This document shows positions 43,017 through 52,397 of a DNA stretch of 64,000 nt, piece by piece; the stretch's first letter is position 1, and each line of letters starts with the position of its first letter. Both the position numbers and the translations under genes were made by a program. Origin of the DNA: an uncultured delta proteobacterium (GTDB taxonomy: Bacteria; Desulfobacterota; Binatia; UBA9968); assembly GCA_963760795.1 (NCBI GenBank), contig CAVXEP010000017.1:32001-96000 (forward strand), written 5' to 3'. The notes under the pieces were generated by a model. That model saw nothing but the letters and a program-made list of their open reading frames with translations, did not search any database and was not told the origin of the DNA.

Positions 43017-43110
43017 CGCGCTGACTCCGTTTGTTCCGCTCTTGGATCGGCGACCGTATCGCCCTCGCCGAACAATCGAGGATACGAGAAGCGGCTATCG
43101 TTACGGCTGA

Positions 43111-43503
43111 CTAGTCGCTCTTTTTCTCGCCCAGCGGCACGACATTTTGAAAGCCATGCTCGGAGATGTCGAAATAATTGCCATCGGGATCGGAGCCGCG
43201 GGTCTCGGCGTAGGGACGGCCGTTGGGACGGCCTTTCGGCAATTTGTTGGGGTTGACCTTTTTCATTCGGTCGACGATCTTCTCGCCGCTCTCCACTTCG
43301 AAGCCGAAATGGTACAGACCGTTGGGCGCGTTCTGTTCATGATTGGGCAGGATCGCTAGATTGAAATACCCGTCGGTCAGGAAAATCGCGCCGCCTTCGT
43401 TTTTTTCCTTGTGTAGCATCTGCATCTCGAAGACGTCCATGTAGAAGGTCGCGAGCTTGCCGGTATCTTCCGTGCGAATGGCCAAATGTTTGATCTTAGG
43501 CAT
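43111..43503 (-). CDS. VOC family protein
   Basis: IKHLAI, LTDGYFNLAIL, HFGFEV, DPDGNYFDIS. Confidence 0.85.
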   Translation of the reverse strand: MPKIKHLAIRTEDTGKLATFYMDVFEMQMLHKEKNEGGAIFLTDGYFNLAILPNHEQNAPNGLYHFGFEVESGEKIVDRMKKVNPNKLPKGRPNGRPYAETRGSDPDGNYFDISEHGFQNVVPLGEKKSD

Positions 43504-43539
43504 ATTGTCCTCCTAGGAAAAGTTTGTGAACGTAGAGAT

Positions 43540-43893
43540 TTATTTCGCGGCTTCGGCGCGGGTGATGCCGATGCCGAACGGTTCGGAACGGTTACCGAAC
43601 AGCACCAACGGTCCGGTCCCCTTATTGATCAATTGATAATATTCTTTGGCTGGAAAAAAGACGATGTCATCTTTCTTCGCCACCCGCTCGCCGCCCTTGA
43701 TATCTTTAATCGAGCACTCCCCCTGCACCACCAGAAACGTCTCCGGATTCTGGTGAAAATGCATCGGCGTGTCGTCACCCGGCTCGAAGTAAAGCATCCA
43801 CGAGCGAAAATTATCCGTGCCAAAAAAATGGTTATTTTTAATCTTGCCTGCGCGCGCTGCGTCGATCTTCTGCCCGAGATTAATGCATTCCAT
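43540..43893 (-). CDS. Cupin domain protein
   Basis: PMHFH...ETFLVVQG, DIVFFPA..Y.L.N. Confidence 0.8.
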   Translation of the reverse strand: MECINLGQKIDAARAGKIKNNHFFGTDNFRSWMLYFEPGDDTPMHFHQNPETFLVVQGECSIKDIKGGERVAKKDDIVFFPAKEYYQLINKGTGPLVLFGNRSEPFGIGITRAEAAK

Positions 43894-43927
43894 AGCGCCC
43901 TCCCAACCAGATTTTTCCGGTGGATCG

Positions 43928-43957
43928 AACCTATCGCGGCATGGGTTCGCTTGTCAA
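43928..43957 (-). promoter_or_regulatory. Putative sigma70 promoter of the cupin-VOC-SBP-tcuA string
   Basis: Minus strand TTGACA-N18-TAGGTT, 34 bp upstream of ATG 43893. Confidence 0.45.
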
Positions 43958-43980
43958 TTGGCGGCGGTAAGAATGGCAGC

Positions 43981-44054
43981 GGAGTAATGGAGTGCTGGAG
44001 TATTGGAGTGGTGGGCTCCGGATAACCCATTACTCCACCACTCCAATACTCCAA
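43981..44054. repeat. GGAGTRNT 8-mer tandem-repeat hairpin
   Basis: ggagtaatggagtgctggagtattggagtggtggg...cccattactccaccactccaatactccaa. Confidence 0.85.
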
Positions 44055-44063
44055 CGAATCCGT

Positions 44064-45470
44064 TTATCGCAACTCCAGCTCGATCTGATCTTTATCGACG
44101 ATCAGCGGCAGCATCGCTTCGCGAATGACTTTCTCGCTGACTTCGCCGAAGCGCTCTTTGAAACGGTCGAGGGGAACCACGGCTTTGGCCATGGCACGGT
44201 GGCCACCGGCGCTGCCGATATCGTCGTAGAGTTTTTTCATGATGTCGCCCGCGCTTTTAACGTAGCCGACGTTGCGCACGGAAATCACCACGCGATCGTT
44301 GACGAGACCGGACACCACGCCCCAGTCGACGCCTTCGATCTGTAGACAGAACTCGGCCATCTGCGGAATCACGTCTTCGCGGTTGACTTCGCCCAAGTAA
44401 ATCACGGCGACCCCGTTGTCGACTTGCAGGTGGCTCAACGCCCGGCCCATCGCTTCAAGATCTTCCCGCGGCAAGGCCGGCCGCTCGATGCGCGTGATCA
44501 TCGCCTTGTTGGCGAGCGGATAGAGATAGTTGAAGGCGCTCAAGTCGGCCAGGTTGCTGCCCCGTTCGAGAAACAGCGTATCGGTCTTGATGCCGTAGAG
44601 CAGCGCGGTGGCTAAGCGCTGCGACGGCTCCATGCCGGCGGCACGTAGATATTCCGTGAAGATCGTCGCCGTCGAGCCGTAGGCGGTGCGCAAATCGGCG
44701 AAGCGCGCCTTGAAGTTGCTCCGCTTCGGATGGTGGTCGACGACCAAGTCGACCCGTCCGAGAGTCTGCTCAAAGTAAGGCGGCTGGACGTCGACCATGG
44801 CTAGGCGGGCGCCGTCTTTGTGTAAGTCATCGGGGGTTATGTGATCGATTTGAATTTCCAACAGCTCGATCATCGCCAAATTCTCCGGGCGGGTGACCGT
44901 GCCGAACGTCACGATCGGCGTGGTCGTACGGTTGCGCCCGAGCAACTCGCGCAGCGCCAAAGCGCTGCCGATGGCGTCGGGATCGGGATCATGTTGCAAC
45001 AGGATGTGGATCTTCTTGCCTTCGTCGAACAACGAGCGGATGCGCTCGACTTTCTTGATATTGAGAGTGTCGAGCAGTTGAGTAGCGCAAAACTCGGCGA
45101 AGATATCGGCGAGCTGCAAGTGGCGCAACAACGGGTCGTCGGGTTCTTTCGTAGTTTTTTTGCCGTTTTTTTCCGAGGTCAAGGAAACGATCGGGATGTT
45201 TTTGTCGAGGGCACGCAACAAGCGGCACACCCGATCCTGCTCGTCGGCATCACGGACAAAAACCACCGCCTGATCGACATGGTGCAGTTTGATTTTCTTG
45301 TAGGTCTCTTCTTTTAAAAGGTCGCCATGCCAAACCTTAACCCGTTGCCGTTTGATACGCTGGGCGATATTTGCAGTAGGCACGAGGTAGCGCACGTCGC
45401 CCTGCTCGGTGGCGACATTGCGCATAAACTGAAATAACAGGTCGTCTTCACAGATGGCCAGATATTGCAT
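44064..45470 (-). CDS. DHH/DHHA1 phosphoesterase with an N-terminal TrkA_N/RCK-like domain
   Basis: HDPDPDAIGS, VDHH, GIKTDT, SVR, AGGH; N-terminal HGD...(D)QAVV RCK-like pattern. Confidence 0.85.
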   Translation of the reverse strand: MQYLAICEDDLLFQFMRNVATEQGDVRYLVPTANIAQRIKRQRVKVWHGDLLKEETYKKIKLHHVDQAVVFVRDADEQDRVCRLLRALDKNIPIVSLTSEKNGKKTTKEPDDPLLRHLQLADIFAEFCATQLLDTLNIKKVERIRSLFDEGKKIHILLQHDPDPDAIGSALALRELLGRNRTTTPIVTFGTVTRPENLAMIELLEIQIDHITPDDLHKDGARLAMVDVQPPYFEQTLGRVDLVVDHHPKRSNFKARFADLRTAYGSTATIFTEYLRAAGMEPSQRLATALLYGIKTDTLFLERGSNLADLSAFNYLYPLANKAMITRIERPALPREDLEAMGRALSHLQVDNGVAVIYLGEVNREDVIPQMAEFCLQIEGVDWGVVSGLVNDRVVISVRNVGYVKSAGDIMKKLYDDIGSAGGHRAMAKAVVPLDRFKERFGEVSEKVIREAMLPLIVDKDQIELELR

Positions 45471-45656
45471 AAGGATATCCCGTGAGCGGGACTTAGATGC
45501 GGCGGACTTGCACGGCGCAATCGGCAGCTTGTCGTTTCATCGGCACCGCCGGACTCTAGCACCTAGCTTGGGTCAAAGCTAGGCAAACTATTGATGCGTG
45601 GCTGCCAGGCAGCCTATAAGATAACGAATTATCGAAAGAAAGTAAGTACAAAAGGC

Positions 45657-46886
45657 ATGATAAACAGTGGTGAAAGAGGCTTTGGCCTAGGAAAATTCAG
45701 CGCAGTGGAACGTGGGCGGCGCTGGGCGCGGGTGCGCGAGCTGATGGCTAGGGAGCAACTCGATGCCATCATTGGATTTCCCAACCAGAGCCACTGGGAT
45801 CAGTTCCAGGCTGACATTCGCTACCTCACTCACATCGGCGGCCACCAAACCGAAGTTGCCATGGTCTTTCCGCTGACGGGTGAGCCCACCGCTTTTGTCC
45901 GCGGCAGCAACGAAATCGACTGGTGGCGCATCGCCCAGGACTGGGTCAGCGACATTCGCCCGTCACGACGCGAATGGAGCCCGCCGATGATCGCGCGCAT
46001 GAAGGAGTTGCAATTGGACCAAGGGCGCATCGGCGTCAGCGGCCTAAGCGGCCTGTTGCGTGCGCCCGAGGGCACTGTCGTCAGCGGCATGCTCGACAGC
46101 GTGCGCCAAGCGTTTCCCAAAGCCAAGTTTGAAAATGCCACCGAGCTGTTGCAAGACGCGCGCTCGATCAAAGGCCCGGAAGAAGTGGCCTGGATGGAAC
46201 GCGCCGCCGAGATCCTTGACCAAGTCGTCGCGGCGATCCTCGCCAAAGCGCGCCCCGGCGTGATGGAGAACGACATGGTCGCGACCATCTGGCAGACGAT
46301 CATCGCCAATGGCGGCGATTATCCATCGATGACCCACTGGGGCGCCGGCGCCGACGTGCCTTGGGCCTGCCGCATCGCGCCCCATCGGCCACTGCAAGCC
46401 GGCGACTTTATCAACACGGAACTCGAGGCCAAATACGGCGGCTATATTTCCCAGACCGTGCAGGCCGCTTGTCTCGGCAAGATTCCCAAAGAACTGAAAG
46501 GCGCCTTCGATACCAGCGTAAATGTCTTCAACGAATTGGTGCAGTTCATGAAGCCCGGCGTCTCTTATCGCGCCGTGATCGAGTTCTATCAGAAACTGGT
46601 TCGTGAAGCAGGCTTCATTCCCAAAGGCATGCTGCTGCACGGCCGCGGCATTGGCGAAGACCGGCCGCAAATCACCGGCGAGGTTGCCGGCGATATGTAC
46701 ACCAGCGCGACCTACACCCAACATCTCGATCTGCCGCTGCTCGAAGGCAACGTCTTCGTGCTCAAGCCCGGCGCCATGCCGGGCGACGCGCCCGACTCGA
46801 TCCGCTGCGGTGACACCGTGGTCATTGAGAAAACCGGCGCCCGACGGCTGGGCAAAAGACAGTTTACTTTTCCCGAAATTATGTAA
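45657..46886 (+). CDS. M24 family protein (creatinase/prolidase fold) with atypical metal ligands
   Basis: Creatinase_N region (IRYLT), RSIKGPEE, LHGRG, DTVVI. Confidence 0.8.
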   Translation: MINSGERGFGLGKFSAVERGRRWARVRELMAREQLDAIIGFPNQSHWDQFQADIRYLTHIGGHQTEVAMVFPLTGEPTAFVRGSNEIDWWRIAQDWVSDIRPSRREWSPPMIARMKELQLDQGRIGVSGLSGLLRAPEGTVVSGMLDSVRQAFPKAKFENATELLQDARSIKGPEEVAWMERAAEILDQVVAAILAKARPGVMENDMVATIWQTIIANGGDYPSMTHWGAGADVPWACRIAPHRPLQAGDFINTELEAKYGGYISQTVQAACLGKIPKELKGAFDTSVNVFNELVQFMKPGVSYRAVIEFYQKLVREAGFIPKGMLLHGRGIGEDRPQITGEVAGDMYTSATYTQHLDLPLLEGNVFVLKPGAMPGDAPDSIRCGDTVVIEKTGARRLGKRQFTFPEIM

Positions 46887-46974
46887 AAAGTATTTTGGGT
46901 GGGTTCGTTGACGCTTCGCCGCGATTTTAGATACGGTTACCGTTGGTAGCGGGCTCGATGGTGGAGGAAATTGA

Positions 46975-47883
46975 ATGGTTGCAGAAATTCGTTACGGCGT
47001 CGAAACCATCGATCACATCGCGATCCCGGTGCGCGATCTGGCATTGAACCAGGCGTTCTACGTCGAAACTCTTGGGCTTAAATTCAAAACCACCAGGCGC
47101 AATCCCGACGGCAGCCCGCGCCAAACCTACGTGCTCGCCGGTGACAATATCATCGGCCTACATTTACCTGGCGTCAGCGCCGGCACTGCGCCGAGCGGCG
47201 CGCCGAGAATCGGCGTCAGCGTCAGCAGCCAACGTTTCGCGCAAGTTGAAAACAATTTGCGCTTGGCCAAGTACCCGTTCGAAGATCCCGTCGAACATGC
47301 AGCCGACGCGCCGCTCACCCGCTCGATTTATTTCGACGATCCCGATGGCAACCATCTGGAATTTTGTCTGCGCCGCGTCGAACCGCGGATGGAATGTATT
47401 AGCCACACGGTTTTCGAAACCTGCAATATGAAAAAGGCCCTGACATTTTACTCCGAAGTGCTCGGCACAGGCGCGCCCATCCGATGCGGCGAGGAAACCA
47501 TGATGCCGACGCAAAACGGCCAAATGATCGGTCTTGTGGAAGTCGCGGAACTATCTGAGCGCAGTAAGAAACACGGCCGCGGCTGTCACATGGCCATGGA
47601 CGTGCGCCAGGAAGATTTCGACGCCATGGTCGCTCTCGTCGAGCGCCATGGCGGCAAGAGCCAAGGCGACAAGCGCGCCGACGATGGCTTGAGACCGGCG
47701 GGTGAGCGCAGCATTTACCTCTTCGATCCCGACAACAATCGGCTGCAAATCACCGCCCACGCAGCGAATCAGCAAGCAGAACTACTCGACGACGAAGAAA
47801 AATGGCGCCGCATCATCGCCAGCCGCAAAGAGCAAGGCAAAGGCCTCACCCGCTGGGAAAGCGGCGGGAAGAAACTCGTTTAG
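46975..47883 (+). CDS. Two-domain VOC family protein
   Basis: IDHIAIPV, SIYFDDPDGNHLE; second domain SIYLFDPDNNRLQ. Confidence 0.85.
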   Translation: MVAEIRYGVETIDHIAIPVRDLALNQAFYVETLGLKFKTTRRNPDGSPRQTYVLAGDNIIGLHLPGVSAGTAPSGAPRIGVSVSSQRFAQVENNLRLAKYPFEDPVEHAADAPLTRSIYFDDPDGNHLEFCLRRVEPRMECISHTVFETCNMKKALTFYSEVLGTGAPIRCGEETMMPTQNGQMIGLVEVAELSERSKKHGRGCHMAMDVRQEDFDAMVALVERHGGKSQGDKRADDGLRPAGERSIYLFDPDNNRLQITAHAANQQAELLDDEEKWRRIIASRKEQGKGLTRWESGGKKLV

Positions 47884-47910
47884 AAAATTCTTTCGCAGTC
47901 CAGCCATCCC

Positions 47911-48000
47911 GTAGGATGGGTGGAACGAAGCGATACCCATCTCAATCAACGCCGCGTGTGACATCAACCGATGGGTTTCGTCGGAACTCAGCCATCCTAC
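47911..48000. repeat. REPIN (two inverted GTAG-family REPs)
   Basis: gtaggatgggtgg...tacccatc ... gatgggtttcg...gccatcctac. Confidence 0.85.
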
Positions 48001-48032
48001 GGGGTTGCTTTGTAGTCATCATCGCGCTTAGC

Positions 48033-48061
48033 AAAAAAAGGGCGTAGCTAGCTACGCTCTT
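48033..48061 (-). terminator. Intrinsic terminator closing the radical SAM operon
   Basis: Minus strand gagcgtagc-ta-gctacgccc hairpin followed by T7. Confidence 0.7.
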
Positions 48062-48105
48062 CGGAAATTCTTCTTTGCGTTCTTTGCGGTGAAATCATCC
48101 GATTT

Positions 48106-49131
48106 CTAATTCTTCTTTGCCAAAATCAGCGTCGTCCCCGGCAGAGTCTTGGGAATATCGCCCTGGGTCGTGATCGAAGCGAATCCCGCCTTCTTCATCC
48201 AGTCGGAATATTGCCCCAGGGTCCAGCACTCCCCTTCCGGCGTATGCGTCAGCGTGTAAACGGAAAAACGCAACGCAAATGTAGGCTCGGTGCGCTCTTC
48301 GTTGGGCACGAAGTCGTTGACGACGAAGATTCCGCCCGGCTTCAAGGCGGAAAAAGCTTTAGCAAATAATTCCTGATTGCCCTTGGGCGATTCGAAGCGG
48401 CAGAAATTGCTGGCGAGAACTAGATCATAGTGATTGGTTTCGATGTTCGCTGTTTGATGTTCGCCGTCGATAAAACGAATCTTGCCTTCCAGGCCGCGTT
48501 CTTTGTTCACCTTCTGTGCCACCGCGTTGACGTTGGGCCAGTCGAGTTGTGTGACCTGGGCGGTCGGATCGCGCGTGACGATGGTCATGCCGAAGATGCT
48601 CGAACCGCCGGCCACATCGAGCACGCGCAAGCCTTTGCGCTCACTGCCAATTTTTAGCATATCGCATAGCGCTTTGGCCGCCGGCTCGGCGATGACGATG
48701 ATGCCGAGCACGAGTTTTTCCCAAACTTGCAGCTCGGCGTTGGTATCCATGCGGCTGAGCGGCTTGCCGGTCTTGAGCGATTCTTTGAGATGAGCCATGC
48801 CGTCCCACAACGCCAAGGCGACATGACGGAAATCACCGCAATAGGAAGGTTTGCCCTTGACCAGGAAAGCCTGCGCCGATGGTGTGAGGAAATACTTACC
48901 GTCGCGCTTTTCGATCAATGACAACGCCGGCAAGCTGTCGAGCACGATGCGCGTCGCGCGCGCGTCCGTGCCAGCTTCGCGTGCCACCGCTTCGGCGCTA
49001 TCGAAACCTTTGTTGATCAGCGTGAAAAAATCGTACTCCAGCGCGGCGTCCAAGATTTGGCTGTTGGCGAAATCGCCGAGTATCCGCATCAACGGACGGG
49101 GTGAAATTTCTTCTTGGTTAGACTCGGCCAT
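48106..49131 (-). CDS. SAM-dependent methyltransferase with N-terminal dimerisation domain (Methyltransf_2 family)
   Basis: wHTH-like N-terminus, LDVAGGS motif I, D-W-P motif II, ALKPGG; own ATG at 49131. Confidence 0.88.
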   Translation of the reverse strand: MAESNQEEISPRPLMRILGDFANSQILDAALEYDFFTLINKGFDSAEAVAREAGTDARATRIVLDSLPALSLIEKRDGKYFLTPSAQAFLVKGKPSYCGDFRHVALALWDGMAHLKESLKTGKPLSRMDTNAELQVWEKLVLGIIVIAEPAAKALCDMLKIGSERKGLRVLDVAGGSSIFGMTIVTRDPTAQVTQLDWPNVNAVAQKVNKERGLEGKIRFIDGEHQTANIETNHYDLVLASNFCRFESPKGNQELFAKAFSALKPGGIFVVNDFVPNEERTEPTFALRFSVYTLTHTPEGECWTLGQYSDWMKKAGFASITTQGDIPKTLPGTTLILAKKN

Positions 49132-49133
49132 GC

Positions 49134-49930
49134 TTACTCTTTGTACAGCCCTTCCTTCTTGATCTGCTGATACACACCCTCGAAGAACCAGGCGAAGTAG
49201 GCCGTGCCCATGCGCATGCAATACTCCAGGTTGAAGCCAGGGCGCGTCTCGGCCTTGCCTTCGATGAGCAGGTTCTTCAAAACCATCCAGTCCAAGATCG
49301 GCATGCGCCATGATGCCGTCATGTTCTTCCAAATCGGCCTTGGCGTGGACGCGAAAGTAGACGATCTTTTCTTCGGGGAAATTATAAACCTTGCGCAGCG
49401 TCGTACCGAAGAAGCGCGCCCAATGGCCGACGGCTTCCTCGACGCAAAACGACGCCCACCACTCGACCATGGTGCCCTCGTAGAGGACGCCGCGGTAGTA
49501 CTCCAGGAACGCGCGGCACTCGGCGAGCATTTCGTATTCGACCATCTCATCGTCGTTGAGTCCGAAGTTGCGTCCCTGTTCGAGGACGATCTGAATATGG
49601 CCGGGCGGCTTGGGATGCATCATCTCGTCGGCCACATGGGCGGCGAAATGCTTTTGCAGCTCCGGATGGCGCTTGAAAAACGGCAGAGTGGCGCTGGTAG
49701 GCGACACCGTGGAAATTATTGATCTCGGCGACAAAGCCGTGCCAGTTCTGCCAGAAGATTTTGATCGCCTCCATCGGCAGTGTGCCGTTGCCCATGTCGG
49801 TGTGGAAACGACCTTTGATCAGCCAGCGGTCGGCTATGTCGAGTAAATATTTCTTTAAGTCCGCGATCACTGCGTCGGCTTCCTGCGGCGAAAGTTTTTT
49901 CCCGGAAAAATCCTGTCTGCCTAGTCCCAT
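49134..49930 (-). CDS. Heme-oxygenase-like (PqqC/TenA/CADD) diiron protein; frameshifts near 49686 and 49300
   Basis: Three frames join to about 264 aa; ligand pattern DE..H..H (ADEMMHPKPPGH), VEE, H..AD..H (YFRVHAKADLEEH). Confidence 0.72.
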
Positions 49931-49988
49931 AATCCCCTCCTTAATTTAGCTCTGCCGATACCAATCTTTCCCGATTTCTGTTTCCGAC

Positions 49989-50018
49989 GTTGAACCTTTG
50001 AACGCTTGAACCTTGAAC
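49989..50018. repeat. TTGAAC tandem repeat (single arm)
   Basis: gttgaacctttgaacgcttgaaccttgaac. Confidence 0.6.
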
Positions 50019-50022
50019 GAAA

Positions 50023-51508
50023 TCAGAAAAGCGCCCCCGGGTTGAGAATATTATTCGGATCGACCAATTGTTTGATCTCTTTGACGACATCATAAAGGCT
50101 GCCGAGTCTATTATAGGGCACCGGCCCCTTGGTGCTCAGAGTCGGCGCCGTCCAGACCACGCCGCGTTCGTTGCTGAACTGCGTCACCATGCCCATCCAC
50201 TTGCGCAGCCGGCCGACGTCTTCGTCGTCATAGGGATTATAGAAAGTAAAATACTCTTCTTTGATGGCGAAATCGCGGGTGACGTAGCTATCGTGCTGCG
50301 GCGAGTGCTCGGCGTCCCAGATGCCGCATTCGCGCTTGGCCGCTTCGTCGAGGTCGTACATTTCTTTCAAAAATCGCAGCGGATACATTTTCGAGGTCAC
50401 TGCGAACATGCCGGTATGGCGCACCACCGTACCGCACCAACCGTCCGGCCCCATGATATGCCAGTCGGGCCAGCCATGCAGACCCAGCTCCTGCGCCTTC
50501 GCCCCCATCGCTTTGTCGGCGATCTCCGGCACGTCGACGCCGCCGGCGCTTTCATACACCCGCCGCATGCGCTTTTCTTTGAACGCCAGCTCTTCAGCGT
50601 CACGCGCCATGACAACGGTTTTCAGAAAAAACCAGCCGTCGTCGGGAATCTTGTTTTTGTCGTACAGCCCCTCTGCCATCGGCCAGTGATACTGCCAGCG
50701 GTCGGTGAAATGGATGTCGTAGACGACTTCGCCTCGGACTAATTCAACCAGGGAATCCTGCACCTGTTGGAGTTGATCGCGGCGGAACACGTAGCAGTAA
50801 TCATGCAGCCATTCGCGCTGGCATTGAATCGCGCGTAGACAGACTTTGCTGATGATCCCCATGGAGCCGGCGGCGAGGGTAAACAGACCCAACAGATCCG
50901 GCAGGTGAATCCATTTTTGAAACGGCCCGAAGGTCGTGCCTTGATTGGCCAGCGCGCCCAGGCGAATGGTTTCGCCGTTGGCGAGAATGACTTCCAAGCC
51001 GAGCACCATATCGGCGATCCAGCCGTAGCGGGTCATGCCATAGCCGATACCGCCTTTGTTGATCATCGCACCGATAACCACCGCCGGCCCGTAGGTGCCG
51101 AAGTTGGGCAGCATCAAGCCATGCTGGCGCAGCGCATGATGAATCGCGTACACACTGGCACCGCCCTCGGCAATCACGTACTGCATCGTGCGAATTCACT
51201 TCGAGGATCTTGTCCATGCCGAGCATGTCGAGCAAGACGCCGCCTTTGAGCGGCGAGCTGATGCCCATGCCGACGCCGCCCTTGGCGACGATGGGAATCT
51301 TATGCTCGTTGGCGAATCTCAAAATGTCGGCAACCTTGTGATTGCCTTGGGCGTCGGACTCGATGCGCACGATCACGTCTGGCAGCGCCCGGTAAGCACC
51401 GTAGGCCAGGGTGTGCTGATAATTAATCTTGTCTATCGGGTTAGTCGAAACCCGCCGTGGCCCGACGATCTCAGTCAGCTTGGCGATGATCTCGTCGAGG
51501 GAAAGCAT
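50023..51508 (-). CDS. FAD-binding oxidoreductase (VAO/PCMH, GlcD-like); frameshift near 51190
   Basis: PDVIV, KGG, LGLEVILANG, GSMGIISK, K..VDPNNILNPG C-terminus. Confidence 0.85.
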
Positions 51509-51523
51509 AGAAATGGGAATTTA

Positions 51524-51608
51524 AGGCAAAATGCAAATATCAAAATGAAACACTGCGGTTCACAGGAGCTGGCTTGAGACTGCAATTCACATTTTGCATT
51601 GTCGCTTG
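51524..51608. repeat. AAAATGC 7-mer repeat hairpin (degenerate)
   Basis: gcaaaatgcaaatatcaaaatg...cacattttgcatt; same family as 31963. Confidence 0.6.
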
Positions 51609-51611
51609 GAC

Positions 51612-52385
51612 TTAAAGCTGCAGATGGCTGCCGCCGGTGATGAGAATATGGCTGCCGGTCAGCATGCTGGCCTCATCGCCGGCGAGAAATGCGATCGCGC
51701 CGGCGACATCTTCCGGGTAGAGATGCTTTTTCAGTGGCCGGGTTTCTTTGACACGCTCGCGGAATGCCTCCGGCATGATCATCGAAGCATCGGTCAGCGT
51801 GAACGCGGGAGTTACGACATTGACGGCAATCCCCAGCGGGCCGAGCTCAATAGCCATCGTGTTGGCCATCGATTCCAACGCCGATTTGGCCGCCGCGTAG
51901 GCGCCCATGCGCGGCAACGGTTGCTGCGCCAAGCGGGTGCTGACAACGATGATCTTGCCGGCCTTTTTCTCTTTCATATCCGGCAAGCAGGCTTGCACAC
52001 AGTGATAAAACGCCGACAGTTCATGGTCGATCGCCTGGTGAAACTTTTCCCAGGCGATTTCATGCAGCGGGCTAACTTGAAATGGAAAGTAAGCATTATT
52101 GACCAGCACGTCGATGGCGCCGAGTTTATCTTTGACAGCGTTGACCATCGAATCGATCTGCACCCGCTGCGTGACATCGGCCTGAAAGATCATGCCGCGG
52201 GCGCCGGCGGCTTCCACTTGGCCAAGAACCTTTTGCGCCGCTTGCTGGTTTTGATGGTAATTGACGACCACCGCCGCGCCGCCCTGGGCTAGTCGAATCG
52301 CTGCCGCCGCGCCGATGCCCCGGCTCGCGCCGGTAACCAGCGCGATTTTGCCATGAAGTGTGGGGAGCTTTTTCTCTTCTGCCAT
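51612..52385 (-). CDS. Short-chain dehydrogenase/reductase (FabG-like)
   Basis: TGASRGIG, NNA, YAAAK. Confidence 0.92.
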   Translation of the reverse strand: MAEEKKLPTLHGKIALVTGASRGIGAAAAIRLAQGGAAVVVNYHQNQQAAQKVLGQVEAAGARGMIFQADVTQRVQIDSMVNAVKDKLGAIDVLVNNAYFPFQVSPLHEIAWEKFHQAIDHELSAFYHCVQACLPDMKEKKAGKIIVVSTRLAQQPLPRMGAYAAAKSALESMANTMAIELGPLGIAVNVVTPAFTLTDASMIMPEAFRERVKETRPLKKHLYPEDVAGAIAFLAGDEASMLTGSHILITGGSHLQL

Positions 52386-52397
52386 GGCCCGGCCAGA

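Noticed and set aside
7524-44054. Short tandem repeats as CRISPR arrays
   Set aside because: Units are 7-9 nt, arranged as inverted arms without unique spacers, and no cas genes are present.
48106-49734. 542-aa ORF suggesting a diiron protein-methyltransferase fusion
   Set aside because: It arises from two frameshifts. The diiron gene has its own C-terminus and stop at 49134, and the methyltransferase has its own ATG at 49131.
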